This document shows positions 10,608-21,911 of a stretch of DNA of 64,000 nucleotides, piece by piece. The translations under genes and the position numbers were made by a program. Every line of letters starts with the position of its first letter. Within the stretch, counting starts at the first letter, position 1. The notes below the pieces were generated by a model. It had not been told where the DNA came from. It did not search any database and saw only the letters and a list, made by a program, of their open reading frames with translations. The DNA is from Pristiophorus japonicus (taxonomy: Eukaryota). Where the stretch lies: assembly GCF_044704955.1 (NCBI RefSeq), contig NC_091994.1, positions 21,514,001-21,578,000 of the forward strand. Direction: 5' to 3'.

Positions 10608-13600
10608 ATAAGAACATAAGAACATAAGAATTAGGAACAGGAGAAGGCCATCTAGCCCCTCGAGCCTGCTCCGTAATTCAAAAGATCATGGCTGATCTGG
10701 CCATGGACTCAGCTCCACTTACCCGCCCGCTTCCCATAACCCTTAATTCCCTTATTGGTTAAAAATGTATCTATCTGTGATTTGAATACATTCAATGAGC
10801 TAGCCTCAACTGCTTCCTTGGGCAGAGAATTCCATAGATTCACAACCCTCTGGGAGAAGAAATTCCTTCTCAACTCGGTTTTAAATTGGCTCCCCTGTAT
10901 TTTGAGGCTGTGCCCCCTAGTTCTAGTCTCCCTGACCAGTGGAAACAACCTCTCTACCTCTTGTCTATCCCTTTCATTATTTTAAATGTTTCTATAAGAT
11001 CACCCCTCATCCTTCTGAACTCCAACGAGTAAAGACCCAGTCTACTCTATCATCATAAGGTAACCCCCTCATCTCCGGAATCAGCCTAGTGAATTGTCTC
11101 TGTACCCCCTCCAAGGCTAGTATATCCTTCCTTAAGTAAGGTGACCAAAACTGCATGCAGTACTCCAGGTGCAGCCTCACCAATACCCTGTACAGTTGCA
11201 GCAGGACCTTCCTGCTTTTGTACTCCATCCCTCTTGCAATGAAGGCCAATATTCCATTCGCCTTCCTGATTACCTGCTGCACCTGCAAACTAACTTTTGG
11301 GATTCATGCACAAGGAACCCCAGGTCCCTCTGCACCGCAGCATGTTGTAATTTCTCCCCATTCAAATAATATTCCCTTTTACTGTTTTTTTTCCAAGGTG
11401 GATGACCTCACATTTTCCGACATTGTATTCCATCTGCCAAACCTTAGCCCATTCGCTTAACCTATCTAAATGTCTTTGCAGCCTCTCTGTGTCCTCTACA
11501 CAACCCACTTTCCCACCAATCTTTGTGTCATCTGCAAATTTTATTACACTACACTCTGTCCCCTCTTCCAGTTCATCTATGTATATTGTAAACAGTTGTA
11601 GACCCAGCACCGATCCCTGTGGCACACCACTAACCACCGATTTCCAACCCGAAAAGGACCCATTTATCCCGACTCTCTGCTTTCTGTTAGCCAGCCAATT
11701 CTCGATCCATGCTAATACATTTCCTCTGACACCGCGTACCTTTATCTTCTGCAGTAACCTTTTGTGTGGCACCTTATCGAATGCCTTTTGGAAATCTAAA
11801 TACACCACACCCATCGGTACACCTCTATCCACGATGCTCGTTATATCCTCAAAGAATTCCAGTAAATTAGTTAAACATGATTTCCCCTTTATGAATCCAT
11901 GTTGAGTCTGCTTGATTGCACTATTCCTATCGAGATGTCCCGCTATTTCTTCCTTAATGATAGCTTCAAGCATTTTCCCCACTACAGATGTTAAACTAAC
12001 CGGCCTATTGTTACCCGCCTTTTGTCTGCTCCCTTTTTTAAACAGAGGCGTTATATTAGCTGCTTTCCAATCTGCTGGTACCTCCCCAGAGTCCAGAGAA
12101 TTTTGGTAGACTATAACGAATGCATCTGCTATAACTTCCGCCATCTCTTTTAATACCCTGGGATGCATTTCATCAGGACCAGGGGACTTGTCTACCTTGA
12201 GTCCCATTAGCCTGTCCAGCAATACCTCCCTTGTGATAGTGATTGTCTCAAGGTCCTCCCTTCCCACATTCCCGTGACCAGCAATTTTTGGCATGGTTTT
12301 TGTGTCTTCCACTGTGAAGACCGAAGCAAAATAATTGTTTAATGTCTCAGCCATTTCCACATTTCCCATTATTAAATCCCCCTTCTCATCTTGTAAGGGA
12401 CCAACATTTACTTTAGTCACTCTCTTCCATTTTATATATCGGTAAAAGCTTTTACTAACTGTTTTTATGTTTTGCGCAAGTTTACTTTTGTAATCTATCT
12501 TTCCTTTCTTTATTGCTTTCTTAGTCATTCTTTGCTGTCGTTTAAAATTTTCCCAATCTTCTATTTTCCCACTAACCTTGGCCACCTTATACGCATTGGT
12601 TTTTAATTTGATACTCTCCTTTATTTTCTTGGTTATCCACGGCTGGTTATCTCTTCTCTTACCGCCCTTCTTTTTCACTGGAATATATTTTTGTTGAGCA
12701 CTATGAAAGAGCTCCTTAAAAGTCCTCCACTGTTTCTCAATTGTGCCACCGTTTAGTCTGTGTTCCCAGTCTACTTTAGCTAACTCTGCCCTCATCCCAC
12801 TGTAGTCCCCTTTGTTTAAGCATAGTACGCTCGTTTGAGACACTACTTCCTCACCCTCAATCTGTATTACAAATTCAACCATACTGTGATCACTCATTCC
12901 GAGAAGATCTTTTACTAGGAGATCGTTTATTATTCCTGTCTCATTACACAGGACCAGATCGAAGATAGCTTGCTCCCTTGTAGGTTCTGTAACATACTGT
13001 TCTAAGAAACAATCCCGTATGCATTCTATGAATTCCTCCTCCAGGCTACCCCGTGCGATTTGATTTGACCAATCGATATGTAGGTTAAAATCCTCCATGA
13101 TTACTGCCGTTCCTTTTTCACATGCCTCCATTATTCCCTTGATTATTGTCCGCCCCACCATGAAGTTATTATTTGGGGGCCTATAAACTACGCCCACCAG
13201 TGACTTTTTCCCCTTACTATCTCTAATCTCCACCCACAATGATTCAACATTTTGTTCATTCGAGCCAATATCATCTCTCACACCTGCCCTGATATCATCT
13301 TTTATTAACAGAGCTACCCCACCTCCTTTCCCTTCTTGTTTATCTTTCCGAATTGTCAGATACCCCTGTATGTTTAATTCCCAGTCTTGGCCACCCTGCA
13401 ACCACGTTTCTGTAATGGCCACCAAATCATACCCATTTGTAATGATTTGTGCCGTCAACTCATTTACTTTATTTCGAATGCTGCGTGCGTTTAGGTAGTG
13501 TTTTAATACTAGTTTTTAAACCATGATTTTTAGTTTTGACCCCTCCTGCAGCCCCTTTATATTCATACATATTGTCCCTTCCTATCACCTTGTGGTTTAC

Positions 13601-14330
13601 ACTTACCCCAGTGCTACTCTGCTCTGTTGCCTCCTGCCTTTTGCATTCTTTCTTGGGGTCCTGTTGATCTGCACTCTCACCCACTCTAACTAGCTCAGAG
13701 CCCTCTCCTGGGTTCTGAATACTCCTTGCATTGAGGCACCGAGCTTTCAGGCTTGCCTTTCTATTACACTTTGACCCTTTAGAATTTTGCTGTACAGTGG
13801 CCCTTTTTGTTTTTTGCCTTGGGTTTCTCTGCCCTCCACTTTTACTCACCTCCTTTCTGTCTTTTGCTTCTGTCTCCATTTTGTTTCCCTCTGTCTCCCT
13901 GCATTGGTTCCCATCCCCCTGCCATATTAGTTTAACTCCTCCCCAACAGCACTAGCAAACACTCCCCCTAGGACATTGGTTCCGGTCCTGCCTAGGTGCA
14001 GACCGTCCGGTTTGTACTGGTCCTACCTCCCCCAGAACCGGTTCCAATGCCCCAGGAATTTGAATCCCTCCCTGCTGCGCCACTGCTCAAGCCACGTATT
14101 CATCTGCGCTATCCTGTGATTCCTACTCTGACTAGCACATGGCACTGGTAGCAATCCCGAGATTACTACTTTTGAGGTCCTACTTTTTAATTTAGCTCCT
14201 AGCTCCTTAAATTCGTCTCGTAGGGCCTCATCCCTTTTATTACCTATGTCGTTGGTACCAATGCGCACCACGACAACTGACTGTTCTCCCTCCCTTTTCA
14301 GAATGTCCTGCATCCGCTCCGTGACATCCA
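10608..14330 (-). mobile_element. CR1 LINE, near full length (ORF1 SGNH-esterase remnant plus ORF2 APE endonuclease-RT), chimeric
   Basis: ORF 14023..14331 (VVRIGTNDIG..VVISGLLPVP; esterase) and ORF 11362..13458 (ITETWL, GVVYRPP, DFN, SDH; YLDFQKAFDKVPH, GVPQGSVLG, FADDTK). (TTCTTATG)n tail at 10608-10630. Confidence 0.95.
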
Positions 14331-14457
14331 AAGCAATGTGTAAATTATATAGCCCTCTTAATGCTACATTTTTGACTGAATATGTTTAAAATTCTTTGCT
14401 TTCTCACACTATGATGAAACAGACAGTTGCTTTATTATTTGAATTATAATCACTTAC

Positions 14458-14568
14458 ATGCACTGCTGTGTTTTTTTCCAAAAGTGTAAGCAGGATTAGT
14501 GTGTTTGGTATAATCATGGCCCACAAAACCAATTGCTGGGGGTAATCCATATCTTCCCGGTCCAGGCC
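14458..14568 (-). CDS. CIMAP1D: CIMAP1D/ODF3L2-like coding exon 2
   Basis: ttttgtaaag|GG CCT GGA CCG...AGT GCA T|gtaagt, 111 nt, phase 1-1. Encodes GPGPGRYGLPPAIGFVGHDYTKHTNPAYTFGKKHSSA. Confidence 0.9.
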
Positions 14569-14894
14569 CTTTACAAAATCAGAGAATGAAAAGTCTTTTT
14601 TTAAATGAAGATCACAGGAAAGATACTTCTCAGAGTTTACAAATTACCCTGCAGTGCAATAAAGGACCTTCTAGTGACCAGATACAAAGCAGCACTCGTA
14701 GAAGCCTAGAAACAGGCATCGTGCATATCCTCTCTTTCAGCAGTCATGTGGTGGGGTTGTTGGCGAGCTAAAATAGAAGATGTTCAATGCAATTCATTAT
14801 TGTAAAGTAATCAGAATACATCTGTGGACACAATAAACTCCTCAAATAAAAATGGTTAATTTTTGCTTTCATATCTTCTTCACATTCTTCACTA

Positions 14895-15082
14895 AATATA
14901 TTCAAAAAGGAGTTAGATGAGGTCCTTACTACTAGGGGGATCAAGGGGTATGGCGAGAAAGCAGGAAGGGGGTACTGAAGTTGCATGTTCAGCCATGAAC
15001 TCATTGAATGGCGGTGCAGGCTAGAAGGGCCGAATGGCCTACTCCTGCACCTATTTTCTATGTTTCTATGTTTCTATGTTTC
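14895..15082 (+). mobile_element. CR1 LINE 3' end
   Basis: GGCCGAATGGCCTACTCCTGCACCTA followed by a (TTTCTATG)n tail. Confidence 0.8.
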
Positions 15083-15170
15083 CCTTGAAGTACAATGTGA
15101 AGTAGTTACAAGATTATGACCGGTTTAGATAAGGTAAACAAAGAAAAGCTGTTCCCATTAGCTGATGGTA

Positions 15171-15500
15171 TAAGGATGGCAGTGATTCAATGCTTGATAA
15201 AATGCAACATCCCCACCGACACCTGGGAGTCCCTGGCCAAAGACCGCCCTAAGTGGAGGAAGTGCATCCGGGAGGGCGCTGAGCACTTCGAGTCTCGTCA
15301 CCGAGAGCATGCAGAAATCAAGCACAGACAGTGCAAGGAACATGTGGCAAACCAGGCTCCCCACCCACCCTTTCCTACAACGACTGTCCCACCTGTGACA
15401 GAGACTGTAATTCCCGTATTGGACTGTTCAGTCACCTAAGAACTCACTTTTAGAGTGGAAGCAAGTCTTCCTCGATTTCGAAGGACTGCCTATGATGATG
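15171..15500 (+). mobile_element. RTE LINE 3' fragment inserted in a CR1 3' fragment (15105-15800)
   Basis: KCNIPTDTWESLAKDRPKWRKCIREG (RTE ORF C-terminus), (ATG)n tail, TSD GATGGTA (15164-15170/15500-15506). Confidence 0.8.
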
Positions 15501-17030
15501 ATGGTACAAAGACTAGGGGACTTAGGTTTAAGGTTTTGGCAAGAGATACAGGGGGCATGTGAGGAAGAACATTTTTACGCAGTGAGTGCTAATGACCTGG
15601 AACTCGCTGCCTATGAGGATGGTGGAAGCGGAGACGATTAATAATTTCAAAAGGAAATTGGGATAGGCATTTGAGGGAAATAAACTTGCAGTGCTACGGG
15701 GATGGCGCGGGGGAATGGGATTGACTGGATTGTTCTACAGAGAACCTGCATGGACTCGATGGGTCGAATGGCCTTCTTCTGTGCCATAATGACTCTATGA
15801 CTCGAGTGGAAGGATCCATAGACATTAGCAGTCTAACAGGCCACAACATGAACTCTCCTTCCATGGCCGTAACCATCGTTATACCAATCCACAAGGTAGT
15901 TCGTTCTATATGGCTGGAGCGTTTTATGTCATGAAAGATGTGACAACATGGAACCACCCTAATGTGTGAAAATATAAATTCATGCTGTGGAGTGATACCA
16001 TACTTTCAGAATATTTTTATACATTTAAGCAATGATGATACCAGCGTGATGGAGGATGTCACCAACATCAGTGACGGCAACTGGAAAAAAAACATGGCTG
16101 CCACAAGCTCGCCCGCCTGCTGAGCTCTTGAACTACATAGTGGACCTACCTGTGACTTTTCAGACTGTGGCATTTCAGACTACTTTTCACCTCTCGTCTA
16201 AAAGAAGCATAAATGTTGTTTCGTTTCTTCTTTAAGAATTGAACCGTACATTTGAAGCCAAAGTCTTAATTTGTTGCATGGTCACAGTTACTTTAATTAT
16301 TAGCCCCGACTGGATTCAATGTCTGAGCTTGGGTCTAAGCCAAATTGTGACTTGTCTGCATGAGGTACATTTCCAATAAATATCTAATCTGGATCCTGCA
16401 CCGATGCACTACAGGAGGTCCCTCATGAATGTGACAGAGCTAGTTTTTTTCCAAGAGCCCAAACATTGTAAGTGTAAACGAGAAAACTGCCAAGCAGTTA
16501 ACAATTAATGGTACAGATATAATACATTTCTAAATTTAAAATTCTTAGAGAAAAAAGTCATACACTAAATTTCACACTGATGTAGCAGTGGTGTATATTC
16601 TCAACACAGCATTGACAGCTTAGTTGTGCATATTTGTACAGTAATTTAGGTTGAAGCAAACATAAATTGGGGGCATCACATTGGACAGGGCTGCACAGGG
16701 GCCTACAGGAAAGTCTTTTGGTTGGGTAAATCTGGGGAGCAATAGTGCTATGTGCATTCATGGGCAAGAACACATTTCTCCACCTGTAGACATCTATTAA
16801 GGGTTTGTGATAGGGGATCTATTACCTAAGTATTCGGGAAGGGAGTATTTTCCTAGTTCTCGGCAGAGGCCATACACCGCATTCTCTGACTGGCATATGT
16901 CCCCCAGGTATCTAATCCACATCTTTTTGGTGGGAGATAAAGGATTTTGCTATAGAGAGTACATGCATCTTCTTGCCACGAACAGTGAGTGTTGTGTTAG
17001 TCTCTGCAACTCAATTAGATCTTACACCCT

Positions 17031-19300
17031 TTGAACAAATATTTTGTATTGGTCTTCATGGAAGAAGACACTAATAACATCCCAATAGTGGATAATCAAG
17101 GGGCTATAGAGAGAGAGGAACTTAATACAATCACTATCATTAAAGAAGTAGTACTTGGTAAAATAATGGGACTAAAAGTGGACAAGTCCCCTGGACCTGA
17201 TGGCTTGTATCCTAGCCTCTTAAAAGAAGTGGCTGCAGAGATAGTGGATGCATTGGTTGTAATCTAACAAAATTCCCTGGGTTCTGGGGAGGTCCCAGTG
17301 GATTGGAAAACCGCAAATGTAGCGCCTCTATTTAAAAAAGGAGGTAGACAGAAAGCAGGAAACTATAGATCAGTTAGCCTAACATCTGTCTTGGGAAAAT
17401 ACTGGAGTCCATTATTAAGGAAGCAGTAGCAGGACATTAGGAAAAGCATGATTCAATCAAGCAGAGTCAACATGGCTTTATTAAAGGGAAATCATGTTTG
17501 ACAAATTTGCTGGAGTCCTTTGAGGATGTAACGAGCAGGGCGGATAAGGGGGTACCAGTGGATGTGGTGTATTTGGATTTCCAGAAGGCATTCGATAAGG
17601 TGCCACATAAAAGATTACTGCACAAGATAAAAGTTCACTGAGTTGGGGGTAATATATTAGCATGGATAGAGGATTGGCTAACTAACAGAAAACAGAGAGT
17701 CAGGATAAATGGGTAATTTTCTGGGCAAACAGTAACTAGTGGTGTGCGACAGGGATCAGTGCTGGAGATCCAACTATTTACAATCTATATTAATGACTTG
17801 GATGAAGGGACCGAGTATAATGTAGCCAAATTTGCTGAGGATACAAGGATGGGTGGGAGAGCAAGTTGTGAGGAGGACACAAGAAATCTGCAAAGGAATA
17901 TAGTCATCATCATAGGCTGTCCTTCGGAATCGAGCAAGACTTGCTTCCACTCCTGGTGAGTTCTTTGGTGGCTGAACAGTCCAATACGAGAGCCACAGAC
18001 TCTGTCGCAGGTGGGACAGATAGTCGTTGAGGGAAGGGGTGGGTGGCTCTTTCCGCTGCCTGCGCTTGATTTCTGCATGCTGCGTTGAGACTCGAGGTGC
18101 TCAGCACCCTCTCGGATGCACTTCCTCCACTTACGGTGGTCCTGGGCCAGGGACTCCCAGGTGTCAATGAGGATGTCGCACTTTATCATGGAGGCTTTGA
18201 GGGTGTCCTTGTAGCGTTTCCGCTGCCCACCTTTGGCTCGTTTGCCGGGAAGGAGCTCCGAGTAGAGCACATGCTTTGGGAGTCTCGTGTCTGGCATGCA
18301 AACTATGTGGCCTGCCCAGCGGAGCTGATCCTGTGTGGTTAGTGCTTCAATGCTGGGGATGGTGGCCTGGATGAGGACGCTGATGTTGGTGCGCCTGTCC
18401 TCCCAGAGGATTTGTAGGATCTTGCGGAGACATCGTTGGTAGATAGACAGGCTAAATGAGTGCGCAAAAATTTGGTAGATGGAGTATAATGTGAAAAAAT
18501 GTGAGGTTATCCACTTCAGCAGAAAAAATAGAAAAGCAAATTATAATTTAAATAGAGAAAAATTGCAAAGTGCTGCAGTACAGAGGGAGTTCCTGGGGGC
18601 TCCTTGTGCATGAAACACAAAAAGTTAATATGCAGGTACAGCAAGTAATCAGGAAGGCAAATGGAATGTTGGCCTTTATTGCAAGGGGGGTAGAGTATAA
18701 AAGCAGAGAAGTCCTGCTACAACTATACAGGGTATTGGTGAGGCCACAGCTAGAGTACTGCATGCAGTTTTGGTCTCCATATTTAAGGAAGGATATACTT
18801 GCATTGGAAGCTGTTCAGAGCAAGTTCATTAGGTTGATTCCGGAGATGAAGATGTTGATTTATGAAGATAGGTTGAGTAGGTTGGGCCTATACTCATTGG
18901 AGTTCAGAAGAATGAGAGGTGATCATCGAAACATATAAGATAATGAGGGAGCTCGACAAGGTGGATGCAGAGAGGATATTTCCACTCATAGGGGAAACTA
19001 AAACTAGGGGACATAGTCTCAGAATAAGGGGCTGCCCAGTTAAAACTGAGATGAGGAGGAATTTCTTCTCTCAGAGGGTTGTAAATCTATGGAATTCTCT
19101 GCCCCAGATAGCTGTGGAGGCTGGGTCATTGAATATATTTAAGGTGGAGATTTTTGAGTGATAAGGGGATAAAGGGTTACGGGGAGCGGGCAGGGAAGTG
19201 GAGCTGAGCCCATGATCAGATCAGCCATGATCTTATTAAATGGCGGAGCAGGCTCGAGGGGTCAACTGGCCTACTCCTGCTCCTATTTCTTATGTTCTTA
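17031..19300 (+). mobile_element. CR1 LINE, 5'-truncated RT region with stops and frameshifts
   Basis: KSPGPDG, QGSVL, FAEDT, LYRVLVRPQLEYC, RRNFFSQRVVNLWNSLP. Tail TTCTTATGTTCTTA at ~19300. Confidence 0.9.
17904..18442 (-). mobile_element. RTE LINE 3' fragment nested in CR1
   Basis: ORF 17785..18297 (MPDTRLPKHVLYSEL..GKRAKGGQRKRYKDTLK..CPTCDRVCGSRIGLFSHQRTH). (ATG)n tail. Interrupts the CR1 LQRNI|DRL motif, with ATAG duplicated. Confidence 0.88.
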
Positions 19301-19682
19301 TTTGGGGTAGGATGAGAAGTTGCAGATGAATACATCACTCTGACCACATCTTAAATTCTCATCCAAGGATGAGGGGCAAAATCTCTGAAGCATGAGCTGA
19401 AATGTGAAAGAACAAGTTTATTAGCTGTTACATTTGAGTTGGGAGGAAACTCAGTGATTCTGTCCGTTTTCTTTGTGCTACATATTGAAAGAAAGAGGGT
19501 TAAATTCTGTTCTTGGATGATATTCGCACTTTGCTTTCCCCAGATGTTGAGTTGTCGATCTCAGCCAAGTCCACAAAGAGTGAGGTAAAGTCAGCAAAGA
19601 TTCACTGACCCACATTTTACCACTGTGTACTTGCCACAAAGCAGCAGTGACGGAGAAAGCACGGATCTTCAAGGGCAACAAT

Positions 19683-20606
19683 GAGGTGGATTTTAACCCC
19701 CAGAAACGGGTGGGTTTGGGTCAACTGAGATGTCAAAAAAATGTGAATTTCAGTCCCGAACCCAAACGGCCTCGTATCCGTCCACTTTCGGTTTTAACGG
19801 AGTTGGGATGGGAGACAGGCAACCAACCTGCTCCCAGGAGGTGGGTTGGTCATTTGAATATTATAATGAGGAGGCTACGTGCCTCAGATTTTAACTCCAT
19901 TTTAAATTTAACCCAGTAGCTAAAGGGAGACAAGGACTGCTGCGTGGAAGAGGTAAGTGCCTTTCCAGCACAGCTTGTGAGCCAGGAGAGCAGGAATGCA
20001 TCTCTCCCCGCACTACCCCCCCAGTCCCACAAGTTAACCTGCTTTCCTCCCCCCCAATCGGACTCCAGCAGTGAATGCCCATCCCCCCACGATTGGACCC
20101 CCTTATGTTACCACTAACCCCCCACCCAACGATAGGATAGCCCCCCGCAATCACTGACCCCACCCATGATCGGATATCCCCCCCACCCCATCCAAAGATA
20201 TCACCGATCACCCTCCCCACAATCGGACCCCTTCTCCTTCCACACACGATCGGGACCCCTCTGCGATCACCAACTCTCATCTCTGCCCCGGATCTATTTT
20301 CAACCCCCTGAAATCACCCCCTGATCCTACAAGCTGCTCTGTACAAACCACCCCCCACCTCCCTCACATTCTCTACCCCAGCAGCACAAACTTACCTGCT
20401 CCTGGGCTGCGGCCTCTGTTGCTGCATTTCCCGCCTGACAGAGGGCCAATCAGGCTGGCCTCCGGGCGGGGATCCTGTTCACAAAAAAAGCACGCGTGCT
20501 ATGGAGTCAATATTCCACAACGTTTGGAGAAATCCGAACTTCTGGGTTTCCCGACCAGAACTCCTGCCCCCGCTTAGAAATCCCGCCCGAATAAATATTG
20601 GGGCCA
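19683..20606. repeat. GC-rich unclassified repeat with internal degenerate ~20-bp units (CCCACGATCGGACCCC-like)
   Basis: Several imperfect CCC-C(A)CGATCGGA units at 20045-20270. The ends are weakly complementary. Confidence 0.35.
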
Positions 20607-20642
20607 ATATCACTGGAACATCATCACCTCCAAGTTCCCCTC

Positions 20643-20916
20643 TGTAATGTATGCACCTGTGCATATGTTCACAGGTCAGTAGAGCTGTTGAGTTTGGAGT
20701 GGCTTAGCCAGTCACGTGATGTTCACAAGACTCCATAAAACCCCAGCCAGTTGGGTTCAGGGATCCACGATGAGGCAGGTGGTTGTGAGCCTGGTGGATG
20801 AACTGGTAAGGCGTAGTGTGATTGTTGAACCTTTTGCTAATAAACCAACTAGTTCTTAATAGTAATGTGTTGCTCTGAATTCTTAAGCAAAGAACCCATG
20901 AAGCAAATACATTACA
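20643..20916 (+). mobile_element. Solo LTR (274 bp)
   Basis: TGTAATGTAT...ATACATTACA 10-bp terminal inverted repeat, perfect 5-bp TSD CCCTC (20638-20642/20917-20921), AATAAA at ~20839. Interrupts an old LINE 3' end. Confidence 0.9.
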
Positions 20917-20963
20917 CCCTCCAAGTCAAAAACTCTCCTGACTTGGAGAATCATCATGATTAC

Positions 20964-21166
20964 TGTTATGTATGTTAACTGGGTTTTACCTGCCACCGGA
21001 GGGCGCGACTGTCGGAGTTCTAATGGTCACTGACAGACACGTGCAAGCCGTGTATATAATGTTGGCAGCCATGTTGAATCCTCACTTTGAGAGTAAGTAA
21101 ACTGGAGTAAGGTCATGCCTGAACTAGCTCACCGTACTTAGCCTCGTGGTTATTCGATACTTAACA
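20964..21166 (+). repeat. 5' LTR of Gypsy A
   Basis: TGTTA...TAACA. About 11 substitutions plus one 2-bp indel versus the 3' LTR, by manual alignment. Confidence 0.92.
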
Positions 21167-21911
21167 ATTGCCGACGAGTTAAAAATACGAACTTTCACGC
21201 AACCATGTCTGTTGGAATTTTGGAGAGGTTTGTGGAAAGGGAAGACTGGGAGCATTTCACTGATCAACCAGTACTTCGTAGCCAGCGGATTGGAAGAAAC
21301 CGATAATGCAATTAAGCGCAGGACAGTTCTCCTCACCATTCGTGGGTCAAATATTTAAGGCCTTATCAAGAGTTTACTTTCACCGACTCGATCAATGGAT
21401 AAGACGTACTATGAATTATGTACGCTGGTTCGGAACCACTTTAAACCGAAGGAAAGCATCATCATGGCGAGGTATCGATTCTATACACACAATCGCTCCG
21501 AGGGCCAGGACGTGGCGGAATTTGTCGCCGACCTAAGACATCTCGCTGGGCCGTGCAACTACGGAGCTGCGTTGGAGGAAATGCTGCGGGACTTTTTCGT
21601 GTTTGGCATTGGCCACGAGGTCATCCTTTAAAAGCTGCTGGCTGCTGAATCTCTCGACCTGAGCAGGGCCATCACGATCGCCCAGGCATGCATGTCCACG
21701 GACGAAAACTCAAAACAGATATCTTCCTAGCATCGAAGCTCACCAGCAAGTACTGTGCATAAAATAATATCTTCAGCACGCAGAGCCGCACATGGCAGGG
21801 CCTACTCGTCCGCATTTGTATGACCTGTAACTGCTCAAAGTCCGCCGTCGGGGGTGAATCAAATATCATCGGGCCCATCAATGCTGATTCAAGCAATTTG
21901 TGTGCAAAGGC

